Assembly: GCF_009557235.1 (NCBI RefSeq)
Contig: NZ_CP045650.1
Span: 2,220,001-2,252,000, forward strand
Source of the DNA: Acinetobacter wanghuae
Lineage (GTDB): Bacteria > Pseudomonadota > Gammaproteobacteria > Pseudomonadales > Moraxellaceae
Length of the DNA: 32,000 nucleotides
Direction: 5' to 3'
A model generated the notes under the pieces. The model worked only from the letters and a program-made list of their open reading frames with translations, did not search any database and was not told the origin of the DNA. The position numbers and the translations under genes are program-made. Below, in pieces: positions 7,376-19,451 of the stretch. Numbering within the stretch: the stretch's first letter is position 1; every line of letters starts with the position of its first letter.

Positions 7376-8347
7376 CCCGAATCGCGGATAAGAAATTAAC
7401 TTGAAAAATAGAAGGACTAGAGCCATCAGTTGAGTTACCACACAAAACTTAAAACTCTAGTCCCGATGTTTAATAGTACCGAATTATTTTGCTTAATTGA
7501 TGATTTCTTTCTTAAATTTGAAGCAACCTACTGGAATTTTCTTAAGCAAAGTAATCGTTCCTTAAGAATCAGAACTGCTCATTTAACCATTTCAGAAATC
7601 TGTTTTATCGCTATTTGGTACAAATGTTCTCATTTCAATAATTTCAAAGCATTTTTCATTTGGTTAAAAGAAGATAAAAACCATTTATTTAAGTATTTGC
7701 CTTGCTATCAAAGGATGATTCATCTGATCAATATGCACCAATTGGCTCTACACGCTTTACATGTGGTGCTGATGAAAGACCAAGGTACACAATATTTATG
7801 GATTGATTCAACAACTCTGCCAGTTTGTAAAAATCAACGTATTCAACGCCATAAATCTTTAGCTAAAATTGCATCTCGTGGTAAAAGTTCAATGGGCTGG
7901 TTTTATGGCTGTAAATTGCACATTGCAATGAACCAATTTGGTGAAATTGCTTGTTCTGCTTTATCGAATGGACATGTTGCTGACATAAAAATGGTTGAGA
8001 GACTCGTTAAAGAGGTGGAAGCAAAGTTGTATGGAGATCGTGGCTATATTAGTCAAGAACTGAAGATTAGATTAAAAGAGCAAGGCATTGATTTAATTAC
8101 CTATCATCGAAAAAATATGCAGGCTACACAACTTTCTGAGTCAGATAAATATCACTTAAAACAGCGTAATAAGATAGAGACTTTATTCAGTTTATTGAAA
8201 GGTCAGTACAATTTAGTGACAAGCAAAGCACGCAGTGTTCATGGATTTCTAGGAGGGATTTACGCGTCCTTGTGTGCATATCAATTGATCCATAAAAATA
8301 AGCCAACAATTCAAATTATGGAGTCATCGGCTTAAACAGGATTCGGG
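7376..8347 (+). mobile_element. IS982-family insertion sequence (ISAba-like), 972 bp, apparently intact
   Basis: The terminal inverted repeats are CCCGAATCGCGGATAAG (7376-7392) and the reverse complement of 8331-8347, CCCGAATCCTGTTTAAG (13/17 identical, first 8 perfect). It has a single DDE transposase ORF whose stop codon lies inside the right IR. It is flanked by the 8-bp direct repeat TTAAATAA. Confidence 0.85.
7466..8335 (+). CDS. IS982-family DDE transposase
   Basis: MFNSTELFCLIDDFF... is the N-terminus typical of IS982-family transposases. DDE candidates are present: WIDSTTLPV, YGDRGYIS and NKIETLFSLLK. The track offers an upstream TTG at 7430 as an alternative start. Confidence 0.85.
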   Translation: MFNSTELFCLIDDFFLKFEATYWNFLKQSNRSLRIRTAHLTISEICFIAIWYKCSHFNNFKAFFIWLKEDKNHLFKYLPCYQRMIHLINMHQLALHALHVVLMKDQGTQYLWIDSTTLPVCKNQRIQRHKSLAKIASRGKSSMGWFYGCKLHIAMNQFGEIACSALSNGHVADIKMVERLVKEVEAKLYGDRGYISQELKIRLKEQGIDLITYHRKNMQATQLSESDKYHLKQRNKIETLFSLLKGQYNLVTSKARSVHGFLGGIYASLCAYQLIHKNKPTIQIMESSA

Positions 8348-8355
8348 TTAAATAA
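8348..8355. repeat. Target-site duplication, right copy (TTAAATAA)
   Basis: Identical to 7368-7375 and directly abuts the right IS end. Confidence 0.8.
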
Positions 8356-8383
8356 AATATAAAAAACTTTCTTCCCCACAAAG

Positions 8384-8418
8384 AAAAACCCCCTCAATCT
8401 TTTGATTGAGGGGGTTTT
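8384..8418. terminator. Bidirectional rho-independent terminator (end of the rrn operon; the pre-insertion terminator of the GTPase cluster)
   Basis: AAAAA-CCCCCTCAATC-TTTT-GATTGAGGGGG-TTTT. The 11-bp perfect GC-rich stem lies ~10 nt downstream of the 5S 3' end on the minus strand. Confidence 0.9.
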
Positions 8419-8425
8419 GAATTAA

Positions 8426-8543
8426 TGAGCTGGCGATGACTTACTCTCACATGGGTAATCCCACACTACCATCAGCGCTAAGAGGTTTCACTTCTGAGTT
8501 CGGGAAGGGATCAGGTGGTTCACTCTTGCTATTGTCGCCAGCA
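8426..8543 (-). rRNA. rrf: 5S ribosomal RNA
   Basis: The reverse complement reads TGCTGGCGACAATAGC...CCGAACTCAGAAGTGAAAC...GATGGTAGTGTGGG...GAGAGTAAGTCATCGCCAGC, collinear with E. coli 5S. Helix I pairing between the terminal sequences is intact. Confidence 0.95.
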
Positions 8544-8716
8544 CAACTGTTTATGATTACTCGCTATGGTCTTAGTTGCTTTCGCATGCCTAGCTTTGGT
8601 CAAAAGAGTTATTAACAGAGATATTTGAGTATCGATGTGTTGTTTAATTTTACTTAGCTTTCAAACTAAATCAAGTTGTTTTGTAGTGATTTCGACTACA
8701 ACACCAACTGTTTGGG

Positions 8717-11625
<2,909 letters not shown>

Positions 11626-12038
11626 CCAAACAGTCGACGGTACCTACAAGGAGCACCTTCAACATACAGTTCGAAGTACTGTGAATTTAATCACTGTACA
11701 GCTTCAATCAAAATCATATACCAAAACGCTTGATTCAGTTAATCGCTAGTTTCTCATTCCTCGTAATTGCTTACTTGAAATGAGCCTTAAACAATTTATT
11801 TCAACTCAAATATTCTGTTAATGATTATCTACGTCCTCATCGGATCGTAGCAACTGTGATAAATCACAGAGATTACCAAGTGCGCGTATCATAACGCTTA
11901 TACTTGTTAATCTCTAGGATCTAAACACTTGATAGCTCAAGGACTAATCAACCTCAGCACCGTATGATCACATACTGCGCGAAGCGTAGCTTCTTGCCTA
12001 AATTTCAAGGAAAAGCATGCTTTTCTTGTCTTGAAATT

Positions 12039-12114
12039 TGGTGGAGACTAACGGAGTCGAACCGTTGACCTCCTGCGTGCAAAGCAGGCGCTCTACCAAC
12101 TAAGCTAAGTCCCC
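12039..12114 (-). tRNA. tRNA-Ala (anticodon UGC), in the 16S-23S spacer
   Basis: The reverse complement is GGGGACTTAGCTTAGTTGGTAGAGCGCCTGCTTTGCACGCAGGAGGTCAACGGTTCGACTCCGTTAGTCTCCACCA. It has the G3:U70 Ala identity pair, the CTTTGCA anticodon loop and an encoded CCA. Confidence 0.95.
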
Positions 12115-12182
12115 AGCTTATCATTTAGATCAATGTATTCTGATTCTCTGTCTTACTCTGCAATTGCTTGCTTCGTCAGTAG

Positions 12183-12259
<77 letters not shown>

Positions 12260-12319
12260 TCAGGTACATCGTATGAAGAACAACTTGTTGTGGATTCTTA
12301 CCAATCGTCAATCTTTCGT

Positions 12320-13857
<1,538 letters not shown>

Positions 13858-14059
13858 AAAATCAGTAGTAGCTTAAAGGCTACCAATCTTGGCTCATCAA
13901 TTTTCTGACAAATATTTCTCAAATAAACTTCGAGTAATTTCTACCATCAATCAATGAAAATAATTTCGATCAATCAATCAGTAAAAATCCACACAAGTTG
14001 TTCTTCATAATCTCTTAATGATCTTCTTGTTGGTTCGTCACCAGCAAGCTAGGTCGGCT

Positions 14060-14087
14060 ATATTACACTAGATTTATCTAGTGTCAA
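14060..14087 (-). promoter_or_regulatory. rrn promoter (proximal)
   Basis: The minus strand reads TTGACA (14087-14082), 16-nt spacer, TAATAT (14065-14060), then the GC-rich discriminator AGCCGACC. An A/T-rich UP-like stretch lies upstream (14090-14135). The promoter is ~200 nt upstream of the mature 16S 5' end. Confidence 0.7.
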
Positions 14088-14198
14088 TCAGTAATTCAAA
14101 TTATTTTAAACTTTCTTTCTAAAATCAATTCTTAACATCTTGTGCTAAGCCATTGTTTTATCAGAAGTTTTAATCTTCATCACTGCCGATGGATGTGC

Positions 14199-14226
14199 AT
14201 TCTACAGCATTTCACACCCAACACAA
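14199..14226 (-). promoter_or_regulatory. Possible second (distal) rrn promoter
   Basis: The minus strand reads TTGTGT-16 nt-TAGAAT followed by GCACATCC. The TAGAATGCACA 11-mer is identical to the -10/discriminator of the tRNA-operon promoter at 16278-16288. It lies ~140 nt upstream of the proximal promoter, comparable to tandem P1/P2 spacing in E. coli rrn operons. Confidence 0.4.
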
Positions 14227-14531
14227 CCCCTATTTTCAATCTTTTCTATCGTCCGCTTATTTATTGAACCAAAAACCTACTTTTTCTCTTCTTTTGGTTG
14301 TTATTGAAGCAATATTTATGTTGTATTCTCCTAAATTTCCTTTTATTCAAAACAATTCCTTCTTCTTTTTCATATAAACACGCATGTTTTGCACATACAA
14401 AATTTAACGCTCTGCACTTTTTTTTAAATTATATTGTTAGAAATAACACTTATCTTATTAAAAAATAACTCACTTTAAGTACATCACCATTTTCATCAAG
14501 AAAAAATAAAGTCGCCTATAGAAGACTATTC

Positions 14532-15749
14532 ATGAAGAATCCGCAAAAAACAGTGTCTCTTATAAGACTTTTTAATCAAGCACAACTCAAGGTGGCATTC
14601 ACGATCACCCTGTTAACCTGTCTCATTTTTTTAGGGTGTGCCTGCTATATCTTAAAAACGCTAATCACCCACAATATTCAACAACAAATTGAATGGGCTT
14701 TATCCTCAAGCAACAAACCAACAAATAACCAAGATTATAGCCAAACGTTAAAACCTGTCATTGAACATGACTTTGCGCTTTCTATTATTCAGTACGATCC
14801 ATCACATCAACTTATCAATATCCAAACCACAACCACCCCACCCCAGTCTTTTGAGAACATGGTGAATTTCGTATTTTTTAAAGATGGGATTCATATCGAT
14901 CTTTATGATGCGAAACCCGCTGTTTCACTTGAAGTTCAATTACGCAGTAAAAATTATTTATTTTATTACTGGCTTTTACTTAGCAGTTTTATAGTGACGC
15001 TCACTTTTATTCCTATTTTTTTATTTTTCTATCTTTATAAAACTCGAAAATTTCTTGAAGCCAACACCAAACCCCTCATTCATGGCATTCACACCTTTAC
15101 TCAGACCGAAAAATGGCAACGCGCACCTTTCACTTATATTCGTGAGTTTCAAATTTTTAATACAACCTTCAACACTTTGATCGAAAAATTTGAAAGCACC
15201 AAACAAAATCTAAATGAACATAACGATCAACTCAATTATCAAGCACATCACGATGTTTTGACCCAAATCCCTAATCGACATTATTTTCAACAATTCATTA
15301 ATCGGGAACTCAATCAAAATCTGAATCACTACTTGGTTTTGCTATATATCGATAACAATAAGTTTAAAGCCATTAATGATACTTATGGACATCAAATGGG
15401 GGATGCAGTCCTCATTGAAACCACACAGCGTTTAAAAAGAAATTTACCAAAAGATGCATTTATTGCGCGCCTAGGCGGAGATGAATTTGCCGTAGTGCTT
15501 AAAACAGTGAAAGATACCCAACAACTCAAAAATTTCTGTCAAAAACTGATAGAAAGCTGCTACGAACCTTTAGTGGTTGATGATCAGCCTATTTATTTTA
15601 CTTTTAGTATTGGCGCAAGCTACGCCTATCATGCGAAAAATTTAGATGAGCTACTACACCAAGCAGATGAAGCCATGTATCAAGCAAAAGCATCGGGTAG
15701 GCATTGGGCGATTTTCAATCCGCAATATTTTGAAGATCACTTGTTTTAA
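14532..15749 (+). CDS. Membrane-bound diguanylate cyclase (GGDEF domain) with an unassigned periplasmic sensor region
   Basis: 405 aa. Two TM helices (about residues 22-44 and 145-168) flank a ~100-aa loop. The C-terminal GGDEF domain has an intact RLGGDEFAV active site, the D..FK.INDTYGH.GD block and a QADEAMYQAK tail. Confidence 0.88.
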   Translation: MKNPQKTVSLIRLFNQAQLKVAFTITLLTCLIFLGCACYILKTLITHNIQQQIEWALSSSNKPTNNQDYSQTLKPVIEHDFALSIIQYDPSHQLINIQTTTTPPQSFENMVNFVFFKDGIHIDLYDAKPAVSLEVQLRSKNYLFYYWLLLSSFIVTLTFIPIFLFFYLYKTRKFLEANTKPLIHGIHTFTQTEKWQRAPFTYIREFQIFNTTFNTLIEKFESTKQNLNEHNDQLNYQAHHDVLTQIPNRHYFQQFINRELNQNLNHYLVLLYIDNNKFKAINDTYGHQMGDAVLIETTQRLKRNLPKDAFIARLGGDEFAVVLKTVKDTQQLKNFCQKLIESCYEPLVVDDQPIYFTFSIGASYAYHAKNLDELLHQADEAMYQAKASGRHWAIFNPQYFEDHLF

Positions 15750-15802
15750 ATGAGAAGAGAAGAAAGCGGATAATAAGAATTGTTTTATTAAATTTTAGGC
15801 AT

Positions 15803-15830
15803 AAAAAAACCGCTTACGCGGTATCTTTTA
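15803..15830 (-). terminator. Terminator of the tRNA operon (it may also stop the convergent GGDEF gene)
   Basis: The minus strand reads ACCGC-GTAA-GCGGT followed by TTTTTTT. The stem is short (5 bp, GC-rich) with a GNRA loop. Confidence 0.55.
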
Positions 15831-15851
15831 TCTCGACCATCTTTGAGAAGA

Positions 15852-15928
15852 TGGTCGGAGCAGTAGGATTCGAACCTACGACCCCCTGGTCCCAAACCAG
15901 GTGCACTACCAGGCTGTGCTATGCTCCG
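15852..15928 (-). tRNA. tRNA-Pro (anticodon UGG), copy 2 (operon-distal)
   Basis: The reverse complement is CGGAGCATAGCACAGCCTGGTAGTGCACCTGGTTTGGGACCAGGGGGTCGTAGGTTCGAATCCTACTGCTCCGACCA. The anticodon loop is TTTGGGA. It is identical to 16159-16235. Confidence 0.93.
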
Positions 15929-15931
15929 AAT

Positions 15932-16008
15932 TGGGGTGAATGATGGGATTCGAACCCACGACAACCGGAATCACAATCCGGGGCTCTACCAACTGAGCTA
16001 CATCCACC
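15932..16008 (-). tRNA. tRNA-His (anticodon GUG)
   Basis: The reverse complement is GGTGGATGTAGCTCAGTTGGTAGAGCCCCGGATTGTGATTCCGGTTGTCGTGGGTTCGAATCCCATCATTCACCCCA. It has the extra G-1 typical of tRNA-His and the ATTGTGA anticodon loop. Confidence 0.93.
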
Positions 16009-16046
16009 ATTGTACAAACTAGATTCTATTTCATCAAACGACCTAA

Positions 16047-16123
16047 TGGCGCGCCTGACAGGATTCGAACCTGTGACCATCCGCTTAGAAGGCGGATGCT
16101 CTATCCAACTGAGCTACAAGCGC
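16047..16123 (-). tRNA. tRNA-Arg (anticodon UCU)
   Basis: The reverse complement is GCGCTTGTAGCTCAGTTGGATAGAGCATCCGCCTTCTAAGCGGATGGTCACAGGTTCGAATCCTGTCAGGCGCGCCA. The anticodon loop is CTTCTAA. Confidence 0.93.
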
Positions 16124-16158
16124 TTAACTGATGAAAATCACCACCGGCCTTGAAGAAT

Positions 16159-16235
16159 TGGTCGGAGCAGTAGGATTCGAACCTACGACCCCCTGGTCCC
16201 AAACCAGGTGCACTACCAGGCTGTGCTATGCTCCG
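16159..16235 (-). tRNA. tRNA-Pro (anticodon UGG), copy 1 (operon-proximal)
   Basis: Sequence identical to 15852-15928. Confidence 0.93.
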
Positions 16236-16282
16236 ATTCATCTCAGCTTTTCGTATCGAAGTGTTCGTTCGGTACGGTGTGC

Positions 16283-16311
16283 ATTCTAGGCGTGACGCCC
16301 TAAGACGTCAA
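16283..16311 (-). promoter_or_regulatory. Promoter of the tRNA Pro-Arg-His-Pro operon
   Basis: The minus strand reads TTGACG (16311-16306), 17-nt spacer, TAGAAT (16288-16283), then the GC-rich discriminator GCACACCG. An A/T-rich UP-like tract lies upstream (16315-16345). The promoter is ~48 nt upstream of the first tRNA. Confidence 0.7.
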
Positions 16312-16389
16312 CACCTATATTTAAAAAAAACCTAAAAACTGCATCAAGTGTATATTAATCATGCATTTCAGATATTTTTTATACAAAAT

Positions 16390-17457
16390 TTAACGTTTTA
16401 ATTGCGCACTGAAGTCCAGCATGCGATCTAAAGGTAATTTTGCACGTTGTGCCAAGGCTGGATCGACGAATATTTCTTGATCACCCTGCTCTAAAACCTG
16501 CAAAATCCCATCAAGTTCATTCATTGCCATCCATGGACAGTGAGCACAAGAGCGACATGTCGCTCCTTCTCCAGCTGTTGGCGCTTCAATTAAGGTCTTA
16601 TTTGGCACGGCCTGCTGCATTTTGTAGAAAATACCACGATCCGTTGCCACAATCAGTTCTTGATTCGGCAATGTTTGTGCAGCCTGAATAAGTTGCGAGG
16701 TACTACCGACTGCATCGGCAATCTCAACCACTGACATCGGTGATTCAGGATGTACCAAGACTGCTGCATTTGGATAGATCGCTTTCATATTGGCAATACC
16801 GCGCGAACGAAATTCTTCATGCACAATACAAGCACCATCCCAAAGCAGCATATCTGCACCAGTTTTTTGTTGAATATAGCGACCTAAGTGCTGATCGGGT
16901 GCCCAAATGATTTTTTCACCCAAGCTATCAAGATATTCAATAATCTCTACCGCACAGCTTGATGTCACTACCCAATCGGCACGTGCTTTCACTGCTGCTG
17001 AGGTATTGGCATAGACCACCACAGTGTGATCAGGATGCGCATCGCAGAACTTGGTAAATTCCTCCACAGGACAACCCAAATCGAGTGAACACGTCGCTTC
17101 TAAGGTTGGCATCAACACAGTTTTATTGGGTGATAAAATTTTTGAGGTTTCGCCCATAAACTTGACCCCTGCCACCACCAAGGTAGATGCTGGATGATCG
17201 CGACCAAAACGTGCCATCTCTAAAGAGTCCGACACACAACCACCTGTCAGTTCTGCCAACTCCTGTACTTCAGGATCACAATAATAATGCGCCACCAAGA
17301 CTGCATCGCGCTTTTCGAGCTCTGCCTTGATTTGAGCAAACTTCTCTTGTTTGGCTTGCACTGTCATTTGATGGTTTTTCGGATCGCTTAAACGATCTAA
17401 ATGCGCCTGTACAATCGATTTGGCTTCATTGGCGATTAAATTGGTCGCATCATTCAT
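16390..17457 (-). CDS. nadA: Quinolinate synthase NadA
   Basis: 355 aa with NadA-family blocks: [26 protein letters not shown] and the CAHCPWM region. It carries the conserved Cys ligands for the 4Fe-4S cluster. Confidence 0.92.
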   Translation of the reverse strand: MNDATNLIANEAKSIVQAHLDRLSDPKNHQMTVQAKQEKFAQIKAELEKRDAVLVAHYYCDPEVQELAELTGGCVSDSLEMARFGRDHPASTLVVAGVKFMGETSKILSPNKTVLMPTLEATCSLDLGCPVEEFTKFCDAHPDHTVVVYANTSAAVKARADWVVTSSCAVEIIEYLDSLGEKIIWAPDQHLGRYIQQKTGADMLLWDGACIVHEEFRSRGIANMKAIYPNAAVLVHPESPMSVVEIADAVGSTSQLIQAAQTLPNQELIVATDRGIFYKMQQAVPNKTLIEAPTAGEGATCRSCAHCPWMAMNELDGILQVLEQGDQEIFVDPALAQRAKLPLDRMLDFSAQLKR

Positions 17458-17552
17458 AACACGTTCTACTCTTCCCTATACGTTCGTATCAACAAACGTT
17501 TACCCTACATACTGATCGTTTTTGACCAATCATTAAAAAATTACAGTTATAA

Positions 17553-17579
17553 AAAAAGCCCCACAACGGAGGCTTTTAT
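17553..17579 (-). terminator. Rho-independent terminator after argJ
   Basis: The minus strand reads AAAGCCTCC-GTTG-TGGGGCTTT followed by TTTTTTAT (the stem includes G-U pairs). Confidence 0.6.
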
Positions 17580-17590
17580 TTCAATCTAAA

Positions 17591-18811
17591 TTATGAGCGA
17601 TAATCTGCATTAATCTTGACGTAGTCATAAGATAAGTCACAGGTATAGACTGTATCTTTTGCTTCACCACGACCAAGATCGACACGAATCATCATCTCGG
17701 CTTGTGCCATCACGCGTGCGCCAGCTTCTTCCGTATAGTCTGCTGCTGCACCGCCATCTTTACAGATTTGTACATCATCTAACCAAACTTGAATTTTTGC
17801 AACGTCTAAGTTTGGTACACCTGCATAACCAATCGCTGCCAAAATACGACCCCAGTTTGGATCAGAGGCAAAGATTGCGGTTTTTACTAACGGCGAATGC
17901 GCAATGCTATAGGCAATATCACAACATTCTTGGGTGTTATTCCCACCTTCTACTGCAACAGTAATGAATTTAGTTGCACCCTCTCCATCACGTACGATCA
18001 ATTGTGCAAGGCGTTTCATGGTACGAGTCAGTACATCTAAAATCACAGCATAGCGTGGATCTTCAATTGATGTGATTTCAGCACCACCGGCTTGACCTGT
18101 TGCAATAAAAATACATGAGTCATTTGTTGATGTATCACCATCAATGGTAATTCGGTTAAACGATACATTCACAGTTTCGCTGAGGAGCTGTTGCACCAAC
18201 TCACGACTAATTGGCGCATCCGTTGCGACATAACCCAACATAGTCGCCATGTTCGGACGAATCATGCCCGCACCTTTTGAAATACCAGTCATGGTGTATG
18301 TCACACCATCGAGTTCAAATTGCTCTGATGCACCTTTTGGTGTGGTATCTGTCGTCATAATGCCGGTTGCAGCATCCACCCAAGCATCATCACGCAAGCT
18401 ATCTAATGCAGGTTGTAAACCTTTCACCAAACGTTCAATCGGTAACTGCTCACCAATCACACCCGTCGAAAATGGTAAAACTTCTGCTGCTTGTACACCT
18501 GCAATTTCAGCTAAAGCGGCGCATGTTGCTTCTGCATTTGCCATACCTGTTGGACCTGTGCCCGCATTGGCATTACCTGTATTAATCACAAGGTAACGTG
18601 GATTGCCTACTTTTAAATGCGCTTTAGATAAATGTACGGGTGCTGCACAGAATGCATTTTGGGTAAATACACCTGCAACATTGGAGCCTTCAGCCAGTTC
18701 GAAAATCACGAGGTCACGTCGGTTCTGATAGCGCACATACGCTTCAGCCGAACCAATTTTAACCCCTTTCACCACATGCATCTGTGGCATAGATACGTCA
18801 CCAACTGCCAT
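17591..18811 (-). CDS. argJ: Bifunctional ornithine acetyltransferase / N-acetylglutamate synthase ArgJ
   Basis: 406 aa. The autoproteolytic site context is [14 protein letters not shown]. The GTGPTG and TTDT blocks and the C-terminal [10 protein letters not shown] are typical of ArgJ. Confidence 0.92.
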   Translation of the reverse strand: MAVGDVSMPQMHVVKGVKIGSAEAYVRYQNRRDLVIFELAEGSNVAGVFTQNAFCAAPVHLSKAHLKVGNPRYLVINTGNANAGTGPTGMANAEATCAALAEIAGVQAAEVLPFSTGVIGEQLPIERLVKGLQPALDSLRDDAWVDAATGIMTTDTTPKGASEQFELDGVTYTMTGISKGAGMIRPNMATMLGYVATDAPISRELVQQLLSETVNVSFNRITIDGDTSTNDSCIFIATGQAGGAEITSIEDPRYAVILDVLTRTMKRLAQLIVRDGEGATKFITVAVEGGNNTQECCDIAYSIAHSPLVKTAIFASDPNWGRILAAIGYAGVPNLDVAKIQVWLDDVQICKDGGAAADYTEEAGARVMAQAEMMIRVDLGRGEAKDTVYTCDLSYDYVKINADYRS

Positions 18812-18922
18812 TTTGAATTGTCCAATATTGAAGTTTATGAAAAATACAGCTTAGATGATCTGAGGCAAAAAATCGAGCTAAAGCCAGAACTCTACCACTA
18901 TTTATTCTTATTTTTTTGCAAT

Positions 18923-18950
18923 AAAAAACCAGTCATAGAGACTGGTCTTT
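18923..18950 (-). terminator. Rho-independent terminator after the 116-aa secreted-protein gene
   Basis: The minus strand reads ACCAGTC-TCTAT-GACTGGT followed by TTTTTTAT. Confidence 0.75.
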
Positions 18951-18964
18951 TAAAGTGAACTCGA

Positions 18965-19315
18965 TCAGTTTTTTGCCAATTCGCTTGCTTGATTCAGCAA
19001 TGCTTGTTTCGCTTGCTGTTGGCTTGCAGGTGACAAGGCAGGATTCGATGCCACAATTCGGTCTGCATTCACAGCATTGGCTGCGACAACTGCCGCAGTT
19101 TGCAGCACAATTGGTCGGTTTGGATTAGCAAAAGTGTATTTAATGCCGGTACGTGGACTTTGTACGGTCACTTGACCGTTTGGATCAACAACAACAGGGG
19201 CAGTGGTTGGACCAATCGCTTGTTGAACTTTCTCAACAGTCGTGGTTTCTGCCGCTTGCGCCCATGCCGGAATCGCCAATAGCGCGATCATAAAAGGTTT
19301 TAATACTGTTTTCAT
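18965..19315 (-). CDS. Hypothetical secreted protein, 116 aa
   Basis: It has an N-terminal signal peptide (MKTVLKPFMIALLAIPAWAQA/AE). The mature part is Ala/Val/Pro/Gln-rich and matches no family I recognise. It has its own terminator. Confidence 0.6.
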   Translation of the reverse strand: MKTVLKPFMIALLAIPAWAQAAETTTVEKVQQAIGPTTAPVVVDPNGQVTVQSPRTGIKYTFANPNRPIVLQTAAVVAANAVNADRIVASNPALSPASQQQAKQALLNQASELAKN

Positions 19316-19411
19316 TATGTATTCCGTTTCTCGGTAATCTATCTGCCATTAAATACCACTTAAAGCACTTTACTGCAAATAGTTATGCTGAATTCGCTTT
19401 GCTGTTCACAT

Positions 19412-19441
19412 AAAAAAACAGAGCCAATTGGCTCTGTTTTT
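19412..19441. terminator. Rho-independent terminator after secA (palindromic, bidirectional)
   Basis: AAAAAAA-CAGAGCC-AATT-GGCTCTG-TTTTT, located 11 nt beyond the secA stop. Confidence 0.85.
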
Positions 19442-19451
19442 ACAACATCAG

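Noticed and set aside
7376-8347. Composite transposon or IS-driven resistance or cargo gene.
   Set aside because: Only one IS copy is present, flanked by its own 8-bp duplication. The adjacent DNA is a terminator and a 5S rRNA gene, so there is no cargo.
14189-14377. 62-aa ORF upstream of the rrn operon.
   Set aside because: It overlaps the putative distal rrn promoter, has no SD and is a low-complexity AT-rich translation. It is most likely non-coding promoter or UP-element DNA.
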